From contig OZ024746.1 in assembly GCA_964016885.1 (NCBI GenBank), positions 46,128,001 through 46,192,000 on the forward strand: 64,000 nt of DNA, given 5' to 3'. Position 1 is the stretch's first letter; each line of letters starts with the position of its first letter. A program made the translations under genes and the position numbers. The notes beneath the pieces are model-generated. The model worked only from the letters and a program-made list of their open reading frames with translations. It was not told where the DNA came from and ran no database searches. The DNA comes from Eledone cirrhosa. Taxonomy: Eukaryota. Shown piece by piece: positions 51,425 through 64,000 of the stretch.

Positions 51425-51531
51425 TGTTTCTACTTTAGGCACAAGGCCAGCAATTACCAGTGCATTACTGGTACTTTATTTTATCGACCCCGTAAGGATG
51501 AAAGGCAAAGTCAACCTCGGCGGGATTTGAA
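51425..51531 (-). mobile_element. 5'-truncated SINE inserted in a TTAA MITE
   Basis: cttaaaataaataat is duplicated on both sides; truncated at the B box. Confidence 0.85.
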
Positions 51532-52904
51532 CTTAAAATAAATAATATCAACATCTCGTAGATTCGATATTATGTGAGATAATTATGTGAGGTAAAGCCT
51601 TTATCATGAAAGAACAACAGTAAATATAGAGTAATGTAAATGCTAAAGGGTTAACACACAAATATCCTATACCAAATCTATTTAACTGATTAACAAAGGA
51701 TCAACATGCCTCAACTACTAAATTACAAATACTCTGTTTCATAGTCATGCTTCTGCCACTGCAACTACAATGAACTCTACTTTTCTGAACTAATTCTCTT
51801 AAGCCAGATTTTTACCTTCTGTCACTTATGTCATGTCTCATCTGCTAGACCTTCACCAAATCCTTCCAAAAACAATAATCTTTTTGGAATTCCCTCCCCA
51901 CTCATACATGTACACACACACAACTGAACACCTTCTTAAAGAGACCAGCCTAGAGGTGTTCAAGTTGAACCCTGCCAAACTCACTAATTTGGGAGGACAT
52001 GCAAATACTGTGGCCTCACCTTTGACTAATATATAAGAACAAATTTAACACAATTATATTTATACATATTTACACCACCTATGTATATGTCTGAATTTTT
52101 TACTTTCTTAGTTAGAATTGGTTTTGTATTGGAAAGAATTGAACCTTTATGCTTTATCAAAAATTATAGGTCTGTTCTTGGGTAACATGTTTGTAGGAAT
52201 AGCATCTTTTATAATATTAATCCTGTCAAATTGAATTTGTGAATTAATCTCACATGATTTGAAGTAGTTCAACAGCTTGCATTAAATATTTATTTCTTCT
52301 TTCTGATATCATTTGAACAATTGAAAAATCCTAGTTCTAAAAGTACTTAAGTCATACACAAATCAATGTAACTTTGGCACTTTTAGCAGTAGGGTCTTCA
52401 ATTTTCTTTCCAAAACTACTTCTAATTCAATTATTTATTTCTCTTAAATTTCATCAATCATAGTTTACATTATATCACAGCCTTCTACTTCTCTAACTCG
52501 AGCATTCAAAAAGTAGATTGCAAAAGTAATTATTATTTTAATTTATTTGAATCCTTCTTCTCTAGAACTAATATTTAAAGGAAATTCACTAATTTAAAAT
52601 ACTCTTTAATTAAATCTTTTTTTTTTCTTTCCAAATAATATAATATAATATAATAGCTTTAGTCAGAAAATAAAAGCTGTAATTCCAAATTTATAACCGC
52701 AGTAATGGGTTTGACATTATTTATTAACTGATTTTTTTATAATGGTTGATAATCTGTTTTTTACCAACATAGTTTAAGTGCTTTTCATATTTTGTTCTAT
52801 ATGCTACCAGTTATTTGTATATTTCGACAATGACTACTTGCTGGTTTTATTTTGTTTGGCAACCCCCCCCCCCCCCTAAAAACCACAACAACAAAAAAAA
52901 AACC

Positions 52905-52947
<43 letters not shown>

Positions 52948-53647
52948 CAACCCATGCTACTTGATTGTTTCTAACTTTTGAAACACCTCTTCACTAGCAG
53001 GTTAACTGTTTACCATTCAACAGAAAGGAATAATGGAATCAGATAACTATAAACAAGGATAAGTAGAAGAATGAGAAGAAGAAAAAAGAAGAAACAGGAT
53101 GAAAAAAAAAAAAAAAGAAATGAAGAAGAAGAAGAAGAAGAAGAGGAAAAAAGAAGAAGAAAAGGAAAAAAAAAGAAGATAAACAACAATTTAAATTCTG
53201 AATATCAGAAAAAATATATATATACATAGGATATTGTTGAACTTAATAGCTGTTATGTATTAATTTGACAGACAAAAGTAGTTTTAAATAATTTGCAAAA
53301 TAGAAAAATAAAAATGTTCAATTATCATTCACAATGGAGTACTTCTTCCACATCTGGGACAGTGTTGCTGATAAACATACAGACATTCTATAATATATAC
53401 AATAAAAGGTCACCTGACTAATTGGCATGAAGCTACTTACAAACATACTTCAATCAATAAACCAGAGATATACTGCCTCTTCTCTTTTTCTTTTCAAACC
53501 ATTACTATAGTAATGTCTATTCCTTGGTGTTGGCTGATTTCATGCCAGTTCCACACAGACAGACATACTCCTGACTCACCCATCCTCTTATCAGCCATGC
53601 TGTTTTTACCCTCCACTCAGGCCTCACATTAACTACAACATCTACAC

Positions 53648-53973
53648 CAGGGGTCCCCAATCTTTTGGGTCCGCAGGCCGGATAGCCATGCAGCGGTGGC
53701 TCCACGGGCCGGATGCGCAATTAATACTACTTATATACAAATAAGTAATCATTTATTTATCCCTTATGTTAGATTTGAAACAAAATTCAATATTGATACT
53801 TAGAGCTGTCCCAAGCAGAAAAATACATTTAAACATTGTTTTATTCGCTAATATCGATAGATCGGGTGCAAATTTATTGCAAACTGTACCTTTTTTAGAA
53901 CCTTCGTGGGCAGGATAAAGGCCTTCGCAGGCCAGATTGAAACCCTTTGCGGACCGGGGTTTGGGGACCCCTG
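53648..53973. mobile_element. hAT (Charlie-like) MITE
   Basis: TIRs caggggtccccaa / ttggggacccctg. 8-bp TSD atctacac / atctagac, fitting the NTCTAGAN preference. Confidence 0.92.
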
Positions 53974-56080
53974 ATCTAGACCTTCCTTCATACAATATTG
54001 GCTGTCTGTAATTCACTCACTATTATTGTTGTTATGAAACCATTCATTTTGGGGCGAGGTAGACTTAATTTGCCACCTGGTTTAACACAACCATCTAGTC
54101 CTCAGGTGCCTTTAACTGAGTCCACACAGTTGCAAGCATTAGAACCAAGTCTCTAGTTTGAAGTTACTTTCTTCTCTCCCTCCTACCAGGCTTAGAGGAC
54201 ATGAAAATGGTCATAGGCATTGTTCTTCCTTTTTTGGCTAAATAGTAAAAGAAAATGAACTTTTCAACAGAAACATTGATGGCATCCATCTCACCAGTCT
54301 TGCAGGACCCTTAAACGTTTAACATTTAAATTGGCTGTATCTGGCCAGAATTCTCTTTCCTCTTACCGTTCAAACTAGCCTCTCATACTGATTTTAAGCT
54401 ATTGTTCTCAAAATAAATAATATCAAAATCTCATAGATTCAATATTATGTGAGATAAAGTGTTTACCTTAAAAATATAATAGTAAATATAGAGTAATCTA
54501 AATGCTAAAGGTTTAAAGGCTTTAGGTTCAACCCCCTCGTCCAGACCAGACCAATCTTTTTGCTTTTTAATAGAAAGTGAATTACTGATACTAGAAGATG
54601 GTAAAAGCATAGGGTTTCAAAATTTCAAATGAACTTTGCATGCTGGAAAATATTTTTGATCTTTTCACATACAGTAGACAAAGTGAGATGCTTTATTTTA
54701 CCTTTCAACTATTACTAGTATAGCTGTTACTAATCATTTCACTGAAACTGAAGAAATAAGAATTATGTTTTCCCACTCTATACTTCTCTATTTTTCTCAC
54801 TCTTATATAAAGAACAAGACTGGGAACATTAGATTCTACACTTCTCAGAGAAAATGAATTACAGCAGTAACAGCGTTTATAAACCCTGCTGTTCCCATGA
54901 AAAAAAATCTCCTGCAATGTAGCAGTTGGACAAATGATTGCAATACATATGCCCTATGTATGGTTTGACCTCAGGAATGACATTTGGATATAGAAAGCCT
55001 ACCTTAAAAGGTCTTGTCCCAACCCATGCAAGCATAGAAAAAATAAATATAAACCTGGGGACGATGTATGACATGTTTACTGTTTAAGGTGAATAGAAGC
55101 ATAGCTGTAAGGTTAAGAACTTTGATTCACAATCATTAAATTATGGTTTCTGGTACCAAATATGGGACATTATATTCTACCATAGTCTTGGGTCTATCCA
55201 AGCTATGTTAATGAAATTAGGTAGAGAAAAGCTGTGTGAAAGCCTGCATCTACATAAGTAGTTTACTTAATCTTTTGTCCTATTTATCATCACCACTTGT
55301 CACTTGTTTGGTTTTAGCTGATTCCATTCTATTGCAAATATTTCAATCAGGTCTTTGGGCTGAGGATAACCCATAAACAGTAGCAAGTGGGCTTCACTCT
55401 GGGTAGCAATTTGACATGGGAACAAAAGTGAATAAAACACTCATAAGATGTCAAGACTCATGACTGAAACAAATTATATTTCTCCTTCCCCTTTCTTGTA
55501 AAGATGATTTCTGGGCATAGTCAAAAGCCTGTGAAATGATTATATCTGCAAAGTTGGCTTACCCGCTACGAGTTACAGAATAGTTTCAATTTTCATTATA
55601 TGGTATTTGTGTCCATTAACTATTCTTATAAGTAATCTATTACTATTTTCTTCAATTTGAAAGGTTGATAACTATGGGAGAATATTTGTTAATATATTCA
55701 TTTCCAAATAAAGATTTGTTTTCAATTTATAACTTCCAGGTTTTACTAAACTAAGAGATAATTAGTATTTTTCCAATATTTCTTGTTGCTATTCAAAAGA
55801 ATCTTTGTATTAAACAATTAGTTAAAATGAAAATGATTTCCTTTGTTTTTAAAAGAAATTCCCTAATTAAAAAGAACACACTGTCTAAACTTCATAACCT
55901 TAATTCCTATTTCAAAACAGTTTGCTGTGGCTTGGGCAGTTCATGGACAATATACCATACAATTAAAATATGCATTATCTACAATTAAAAACTTTGTTTC
56001 AATGCAATACTCTTTATCAAACTATAAATGTCTTTCCAAGATCTTTATTACTATAGTTAATAATGTTTAACTATATGCTT

Positions 56081-58897
56081 TCGACAGTAAGGAAGAGCAA
56101 TTAGAGTCGTACAATATAGAGGAACAGTGGGAATTCCTGAAAGCTAACCTGCTGAAGGCGGCAGATGAAGTTTGTGGCTAGAGCAGGCCTATAGGCAGGA
56201 GGAGAGTAACGTGGTGGTGGAACAGTAAGGTGGAGGAGTCAATTAAGGCCAAAAAGCAGGCTTGGAAAGTATGGCAGGATGAGAGAAGTAGAGAAGGGAA
56301 GCTAGGAGACAAGTGTACTTCGCAAGAAGGGAAGCAGAGGAAAGAAAGTTTAAGCATGTTCTACAATGCGAGGACCAAAAACGTGAGGTGTACAGGATTG
56401 CTAGGCAATGTGTCAAGGAAAACCGTGATATTGTCGGGGACAAGTGTGTCCTTAATGATGATGGTGTACTTGCCATCACTGACGCTGATAAAAAGGTAGC
56501 TTGGAAGTGTCACTACGAAAGGCTACTAAATGAGGAGAATAAATGGGAGAAAGACAGTCTCCCCCACATCGATCCAATAGAGAGACCAGCAGTGCTAGTT
56601 GAAGGTAGTATAATAAGTAAGGCAATCAAAGATATGAAGACGGGTAAGGTGGCTGGGCCTTCGGAAATAGTTGCTGAAATGCTGAAAGCATCTGGAATGG
56701 TGGGACACACTATGGTCACCTGGATAGTAAACCAAGTCATACAGAATGGGGCCATTCCGAAGGACTGGCATAGCAGCATCATCATTAACTGCTACAAGGG
56801 TAAAGGAGATGCTTTTGATAGGGGTAACTATAGAGGCATTAAATTAATCAACCAGGTCATGAAGGTCACATAAAAAGTAATAGCGCAACTAATCAGAGAA
56901 TGAATTGATCTAGATGAAATGCAGTTCGGGTTTGTGTCAGGTATCACAGACACTCTTTTCATTGTACGACAACTACAGGAGAAGTACCTAGCTAAAAGTA
57001 AACCCCTATACTTAGCTTTTGTTGACTTGGAGAAATCTTTGACAGAGTCCCCCGCTCCATTATCTGGTGGGCTCTTAGAAAACTAGGTGTTGATGAATGG
57101 CTTGTGAGAGCTATATAAGCCATGTATAAAGAAACAGTCAGCAAGGTTAGAATTAACAACGAATATAGTGAAGAGTTTAACGTAAAAGTTGGTATTCATC
57201 AGGGCTCCGTTCTTAGCCCCCTACTATTTATTATTGCCCTTCAGGCTATAAAAGAGGAGTTCAAGACCGGCTGCCCATGGGAACTCCTATATGCAGATGA
57301 TCTAATTCTCATAGCTGAATCAATGGCTGAACTAGAGAAGAAATTCCAAACATGGAAGCATAGCCTAGAATCAAAAGGCCTTAAAGTTAACTTGTCTAAG
57401 ACTAAAGTTCTAGTTTGTAGGAAGGAAAATAGGGCACCGGTCCCATCTGGGAAATGGCCATGCTCAGTGTGTAGGACAGGAGTAGGCAGAAACTCCATTT
57501 TATGTCCCAAATGCAAAGTATGGGTGAATAAAAGATGTAGTGGGAACACTGGTAAGCTAACTGAGAATATAGATTTTATATGTGGCCGGTGCTCTGGTGC
57601 AATAAGTAGCAGCAAGTACCCACAGAATACTAGCTCATTCCATTGCACAGATGGTTCTATAGAAATAGTGGACACCTTCCGTTACCTGGGTGACAAAATC
57701 AGCAGTGGGGGAGGGTGCTCTGAAAGTACAGTAGCTAGTTTCAGAATGGGATGGAAAAAGTTCAGAGAGCTTATACCACTATTGGCCGCTAAAGGGTTCT
57801 CTCTAAAAATGAAAGGCAGGCTGTATGATGCCTGCATACGAACAGCAATGTTACATGGCAGTGAGACCTGGGCATTGTGTGCAGAGGATATACGCAGACT
57901 GGAGAGAAACGAAGCTTGCATGCTCCGCTGGATGTGTAATAGTAATATACGTGAACGGCAAAGCATAAACGAACTAAGGGAGAAATTAGAAATAAGAGGG
58001 ATCAGATGTTGTTTACTCGAGAGAAGACTATGTTGGTACGGTCACGTGATGCGTATGAAAGACGACAGCTGTATAAAAAAGTGCAGGGTGATAAAAATTG
58101 ACGATAGCCACGGAGTAGGCAGACCCAGAAAAACCTGGGACGACTTGATAAATTCCAACCTCACACACTTACACCTCTCCAAGACAATGTCACTGGACTG
58201 AGATCTTTGGCACTATACAGTTATACAGAAGACCCGCCTTGCCTAAGTACAAAGCGAAACCTACAGTCAGTAGGCACCTCTAACAAATACACCCCCGTCC
58301 CACTACCCCCACCCCCTTAATTGTGATGTTATGTTGGTACCACAACATCCAGTCCAAAACAAATGAGGTTGTATAGGTGTCACAACAAAAAACACACAGT
58401 CCATGCTGTAATGTGGCCGTGTTGGTAACACGGTAAAAACCTCCCAGTCCACACTGTAAATGTGGTTGGTGTTGGGAAGGGCATCCAGCCGTAGAAAACC
58501 TGCCAGACGTGTAGGTGTCACGACAAAAAAACACACAGTCCATGTTGTAATGTGGCCGTGTAGGTAACACGGTAAAAACCTCCCAGTACACACTGTAAAT
58601 GTGGTTGGTGTTGGGAAGGGCACCCAGCCGTAGAAAACCCGCCAGACGTGTAGGTGTCATGACAAGAAAACACACAGTCCACGCTGTAATGTGGCCGTGT
58701 AGGTAACATGGTAAAAACCTCCCATTCCACACTGTAAACGTGGTTGGTGTTAGGAAGGGCATCCAGCCGTTGAAAACCCGCCAGACAGTCCTATACCAGC
58801 AGGAGAACCAATCTTGCCTCAAGTGGGAAACTCCCGTCCAAACCCATGCAAGCGTGGAAGATGGACGTTAAACGATGATGATGATGATGATGATGAT
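56081..58897 (+). mobile_element. 5'-truncated RTE LINE, family A
   Basis: Colinear with the reverse complement of 808-3090. 359-aa RT-containing frame at 57122-58201. Tail cccatgcaagcgtggaagatggacgttaaac(gat)n. Confidence 0.95.
58370..58786 (+). repeat. Three tandem 139-bp units in the LINE 3' UTR
   Basis: gccagac recurs ending at 58508, 58647 and 58786. Confidence 0.93.
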
Positions 58898-60839
58898 TAA
58901 TGTATTAAGACATCCATAATACATTAGAGATAATTATTATAGTTTATATAGATATGTCTACTAGCATTTCTATGTTCATCTTCACATAGATATATAAGCA
59001 GCATTCTGCTTAAGAAATTATTAAATGTTTTACTTCATGAAAATATTTTGGGAAAGAAAGTACATGTGAATGAATGTAAATGAATGTGTATGTGTTGTGG
59101 TTCTGTTACATTCCAAGGTTTCATAATGGATATTTTTTGTTTAGTCTATAAAACAATTTGAGCATAACATTTTATATGGTTATTTGTCAATATCTACAAT
59201 TATGAAATATATATAATTTGTTTTAGATGACAGAGAGATATGCATATTATTCCCATTATGAAACACTTCCTAGTGATATATGTATTTATCTCAGAAACAA
59301 TAGCTCATACATATCTATCAAGCTAATATTTCTTACTTTACTCTATACTAAGAAACAATGAATTATTAGATATTAATTGATCATATGGTCCTTGATATAA
59401 TATGCAAATATATAACCCTTTGAGCTCATTATCAGAAGAATTGAATCACCAAAGTAATAAATATCAAATTACTTGTAAAATGATTAGGTAATATATATTA
59501 TATTGATTTGTACGAAAATAGGACTAATGAATTAAATGTATGCATAGAGTCCACATGCAGTTCATGGATAAGATTGAATAATTATAGTTTCCGGTTGGTA
59601 GAGAGTCATTGAATTTTAGAGAAATTCATTTCTGAAAAGATGGACTAACCAAAGTATTTGTTATATTGAATAGGTTACATTGTAGAATTGGTTAAAAAGT
59701 GATAAACAGGTGTAAATAATAGGATTAATTTAAAGAAATGTAAAACAAGTATGTTTAGAAGACCAGAAAGCAAAGCAACAATAGGAAAGATAGCAGAATT
59801 ACATGACTCAGCAATAAACTAGAATTTAGTTGGCTGTGAGAAAAATTTTATTTACTTATCAGAACAAATTTTCTCGAATGCAGTTCAATATATTAGTAAT
59901 TCAGCTGAAGCTAAATGAGTGTAGTGTAACCAAAGTTTCTTATGGCATAAATTATAGCTTATGATAAAAGTAATTTAATACAATCATAATTTCCTTTACA
60001 AATCCCAATTTTGTGCAAAGGCTTTGGAATTGTACTAGCCTGTTGCCACTGCAGAAACTCTATTGTGTTTTGAACTAATGTAAGTTCTCTGAAAAAAATC
60101 AACTAGGTTCCACTCCTACTTCATATTTGAGTGGGTAGCAGCATATTCCTGTCTCAATCAGTATGCAAATAGAATCATTTCATACTATAGGAAAGTGAAT
60201 TTAAATTGGCAAAATCAAATACTAAATACATAAATAAAATCAAAATAAATACGTGCTTAATATCTCTGCAGATTTAACTAATGTGAATTTTCCAGGAAAA
60301 GTTGCTAAGTTAAATTATAGAAAGCACATTTTCAGCTTAGTTTTTCAAGAGTATAAGATTAAGTGAATCAAAAATATGACTGCAAATTAACTTCAATGAA
60401 GAATTAGAAAATCTTGCTTAAAAGCACACTTAAGAACTATAGAAATAATAATAAAACAAAATGATTGGAGGAAGATCATTCAAGTAGGTTCTACAGAAAC
60501 AAGAGCAGGAGATGAATAATTTAAGTGATTAGTTGAGAGGTTATTAAAAGCAGATTAAATTTCAAATAGAAACCAAATTGAAAGAAATCACTTTAAAAAA
60601 ATTATAAAAGCTACATTTGGATAACTCAGAAGTGCCTGACTACATAACGAATGGGTAGCAGTTCATATCCTACCATTAGACATTTAACTTCAACTGAGGT
60701 CCTCCACTAAACTGTATTCGTAGGAAGTTCCTTAATGAGGTTGTTAAGCTTTCCAACAGAAATCATGGAGCACTCCAAGAAAAATAAAGGAAACCAATGC
60801 CAGGGAAAAATTCTGCCATAGCTAATCACTGATTGATTG

Positions 60840-61045
60840 CTAAGATCCCAGACCTCATTCACTTGCCAAGTGGGGTGGACCTCACCAAATCAGACCAAGC
60901 AATCCTAAAACTATCTTCAGTTGCAACTTGTAGCAGAAGGAGCAATGTGAAATAAATTGTCTTGCTCAAGGACACAACGCATCACCCAGTCCAAGAATTG
61001 AACTTGCAACCTCACAATTGCAAATCCAACTCCATAACCATTAAA
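60840..61045 (-). mobile_element. Degenerate CORE-type SINE
   Basis: ggagcaatgtgaaataaattgtcttgctcaaggacacaacgcatcacccagt..gaattgaact matches 63820-63890. Confidence 0.7.
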
Positions 61046-61519
61046 TCAGTTAATAATTCTTTTTTATATACAATTCTAGTGAATTATTTAAATTAAAACA
61101 AAACAAAATAAGATACTAAACAATGTACATGAATTCATTATATAAACAGCATTTAACTTAATATACTTTGATAAAAACTCTTTTAAGTGGTTGGTGTTAA
61201 AAAGGGAATTCAGCCATAGAAAGGATGGCAAATAAGAGTTTGGGAAGACCCTTTAGTTTGTGCCAAAAGACATTGATAACGTCTGCACACAATATTGTAC
61301 ATAAGTGGGATGCAGACTCTTTGGTTTGTCTAGGTCAGTAGTCTCACTTCAGTACTGATTTGGTCTATGTAGACATGCTTGACCGTTGCTAGCAGGGAAA
61401 GCAGATGTTAAATGATGATGAAAACCTATCTAATGTGGTTTGAAAACTCTTGTTTTCTCTTCTCTTCATACATTTCTCTGTAGCATTATCAACTCTCAAA
61501 ATGTTCAACTACATTTTTT

Positions 61520-62570
61520 ATGCCAAATTTCTTTCAGTACATGATTAATAACATTGGGTTATTACTCACAAAATCTTGTATTGCTTGGTTAAAAGCAATT
61601 TTGTAGATAATTGGTCTTAAAAGTTGCAATGAACCTAAATTTGCAATAACCTATAGGTTGCAAAATGTATGTCACAGTAGAAGACAAAAACACAATTTTT
61701 GGATTTTCATTCCAGTCATTTATCACAGCAAGAAGGCTAGGAGCATTATCTAAAAGCAATACAAATTATTTTGTTTACGATAACATATTTACTGATGGAC
61801 TGAATCAAAACATGACTTCCTTACCCCACCTCCTGTATTTGAACACCAAATGGCTGATAATACTTGCTAGCCTACCGCTATGAGAGCTCTAGGAATTTGA
61901 GTACAGTTTATAGCCATTAGTTTTAGTGTGAAATCACCATCAGCACTTCTATTAAATTTGTAATTCAGTCACTTAATACTTTATAACCAGTAACAATGTT
62001 TCTTCTTTCACAAAGTACACGTCTCCAAAATAAAGCAGTTATGTCTACATTATATATATATATATGTTTATCATTATAAATTTCCTTTTATAATAAAAAA
62101 AATTCTCATTTAAATTATTTGCCAGATCCTAGAACAAAAGCTTGAATTCTAATTGTGTAAAATGGTGCTGCACATTTTAAACCATTAAAAGCAAACAGAG
62201 CTTCTTATATAGTCCTCTTCATCTACTACTCTATTGTCTCTTTTGAAAGTGAAACAGATTAAAGCTTTTCTTTTAATACTGTAGGTACTAAGCAAAATGT
62301 GGTTTAGATTATAGTTTTGTCTGTATAAATAACAAGCATTCCATTTCAATGGTTTTTCCCATTTTCAGTTTGAATAGATCGTAATGCTGTTGAAGATGAA
62401 GCCATCTCTCTTTTGTTCTTATAATCATCAGCTTGTCTCAAAATGGTTCATAATGTTTCTTCACTTGTTAGAACGAAAAATTATTTTCTTAGACCAATTT
62501 TGTATGCTTTAATTATTTCAAAGTTTTGTTCTAAACTAAAAACTTCACCATGAGATATTGTGACCTTTTA
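61520..62570 (-). pseudogene. Tigger/pogo-like DDE transposase remnant
   Basis: Minus-strand fragments TALFWRR, ADGDFTLKLMAINCTQIPRAL, LDNAPSLL..NENPKIVFLSSTVTYILQPI and IATFKTNY resemble pogo/Tigger DDE_1 motifs. Heavily decayed; boundaries approximate. Confidence 0.65.
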
Positions 62571-63475
62571 GTATTTTTCTTATCAAATTGTTATCTAATC
62601 GGTGAAAATACTTTAGCTTTAGAAAATCTGAAGATAGGATATGTCATATGTGTGAGGGAAAAATAGTCTGACCTTCTTTCAATTGGTATGAGGCAACTGT
62701 TTGGGTGATGTTACACTGTTCAGTCACTCACCAATAGTAACTACTTTAATAAATGCACTGTCTGGTATGATTGTGTTAAGAGAAATTCAACCAATTCTGC
62801 TGACATGATAAAATATACCCAATACACAATGTAAGGGGGTTAGCACATATGAGCAAGATTAGGTTGCTCCAAGCCATCTGGTTTGGACCTTGATGACCTG
62901 ACCACTATGGAATATGGATGCACAATCATAATGATGAATTTAAAAATCATGTTAATTTGAACAGTAAACCGTGTTTAGTAATATATATATATATATCGAC
63001 AGTTGATTGACAAGATTCTAGACGATTGGGGTGGAGCTCACCAAATCGGACCGAGGAAACAATGTTTCGATTGGTCTTTCCAATTGCTAATACTATCTGT
63101 CACTCAAACACATAATGCATGCTAGTATTTAGAGTGAGTTGGTGGCTGATTTACAGAGTATGAGTCAGGAAATATGGATAACATCTTAGCTTGAGTATAG
63201 ACATTTAGTTTATAATTAACTTTCTTTTATTGAGTGTAATAGTTATCAGTTTGGCATTCAAAGGTCTCATCCTCTGAGTGTTTTGTTTAATGTAGGCTTT
63301 GTTTTCTGAGTTTATTATTTACATATTGGGACATTTGGTGATTACTTTGTGTTTGTTCTAAATGTATCTACATTGATTTAGGTGTTTGATGGTGCTATTT
63401 GCTTATTTTATATATATATATATATGATCATAAATATTTGGTCGTAATTTTTTAAAACACATTTACCTCTGCATC

Positions 63476-63555
63476 CACAGACTGATATTTTTCAGTTTCA
63501 GATGATCCTTCTTAGGGTGAAAGCAGAAATTGTTTGCTTAAACTTTTAGTCTGTG
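63476..63555 (+). ncRNA. Degenerate type I hammerhead ribozyme fold
   Basis: Stem I cacagactga/ttagtctgtg plus agttt/aaact with an internal bulge; core CAGATGA (U4 to A); stem II cctt/aggg; GAAA; stem III gcaga/tttgc; AATAAA downstream. Confidence 0.55.
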
Positions 63556-63601
63556 CTAATAATAAATATTTGCTTTACATACTCTATATACTTATATATA
63601 T

Positions 63602-63939
63602 TTCATTTCATTTCATTTTACGTCCGCCTTTTCCCTGCTTGCAGGGTGGAACGGGAACTGATTCTGGCTTGATTTCTACAGCTGGATGCCCTTCCTAACA
63701 CCAACCTCATTTACAGTGAGTGCTGGGTGCTTTTTTGCCATGGCACCTCCACGACCACTTTGCAGTGGAATGATATGGACCTCAGTCCCTATCATCTCAT
63801 TTCTACAGCTGATTAAACTGGAGCAATGGGAAATAAAGTGGCTTGCTCAAGGAAACAACACATCACCCGGTCTGAGAATTCAACTCACAACCTTTCGATT
63901 GCAAGGCCAATGCTCTAACCACTAAGCCATGTGCCTCCA
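63602..63939 (-). mobile_element. Full-length tRNA-CORE-RTE SINE
   Basis: On minus: ggaggcacatggcttagtggttag (A box), gagttgaattc (B box), ccttgagcaagccactt (CORE-like), RTE UTR module, then family-B tail gcaagcagggaaaaggcggacgtaaaatg(aaatg)n. Confidence 0.85.
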
Positions 63940-64000
63940 TTATGCTCTAACCACTAAGCCATGTGCTTCCATTATGCTCTAACCACTAAGCCATGTGCCT
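63910..64000. repeat. 32-bp tandem repeat of the SINE 5' end, running off the window
   Basis: atgctctaaccactaagccatgtgcctccatt at 63910, 63942 and 63974. Confidence 0.93.

Noticed and set aside
54702-54747. Minus-strand mini-exon with good AG/GT signals
   Set aside because: Stops in all three frames; cannot be a coding exon of the GC.
57122-58201. Functional reverse transcriptase gene
   Set aside because: Only the C-terminal part is open; upstream sequence has stops and frameshifts and the endonuclease is missing.
61665-61883. Plus-strand 72-aa ORF with an acceptor-like site
   Set aside because: Antisense to a Tigger-like transposase remnant.

Overview
AT-rich, repeat-dense animal DNA, not prokaryotic. 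The repeat families resemble coleoid cephalopod (octopus-like) genomes; this is inference from recalled repeat motifs, not from a search. Most of the window reads as intron of a minus-strand receptor guanylyl cyclase gene resembling retinal GC (GUCY2D/GUCY2F). Only two exons are firmly identified: the transmembrane exon (30571-30655) and the juxtamembrane exon (29335-29431). Transposable elements present: four decayed RTE-clade LINEs from two families, a Rex3-like RTE fragment, a REL-endonuclease LINE fragment, an RNase H LINE fragment, a decayed Rep/PIF1 Helitron, a tandem array of a non-autonomous Helitron, tRNA-derived SINEs, hAT-like and TTAA MITEs, and a Tigger remnant. Most interesting observations: (1) an intact minimal hammerhead ribozyme at 7916-7971 plus degenerate relatives, mostly near (TA)n tracts; (2) a Helitron bounded by two outward-facing 3' termini that carries an array of NRF1-type motifs; (3) a recurring H-type pseudoknot module with compensatory changes in RTE/SINE UTRs; (4) a PHD finger inside the RTE reverse transcriptase; (5) several local fold-back inverted duplications. 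Most short ORFs in the supplied track are antisense, microsatellite or chance frames.
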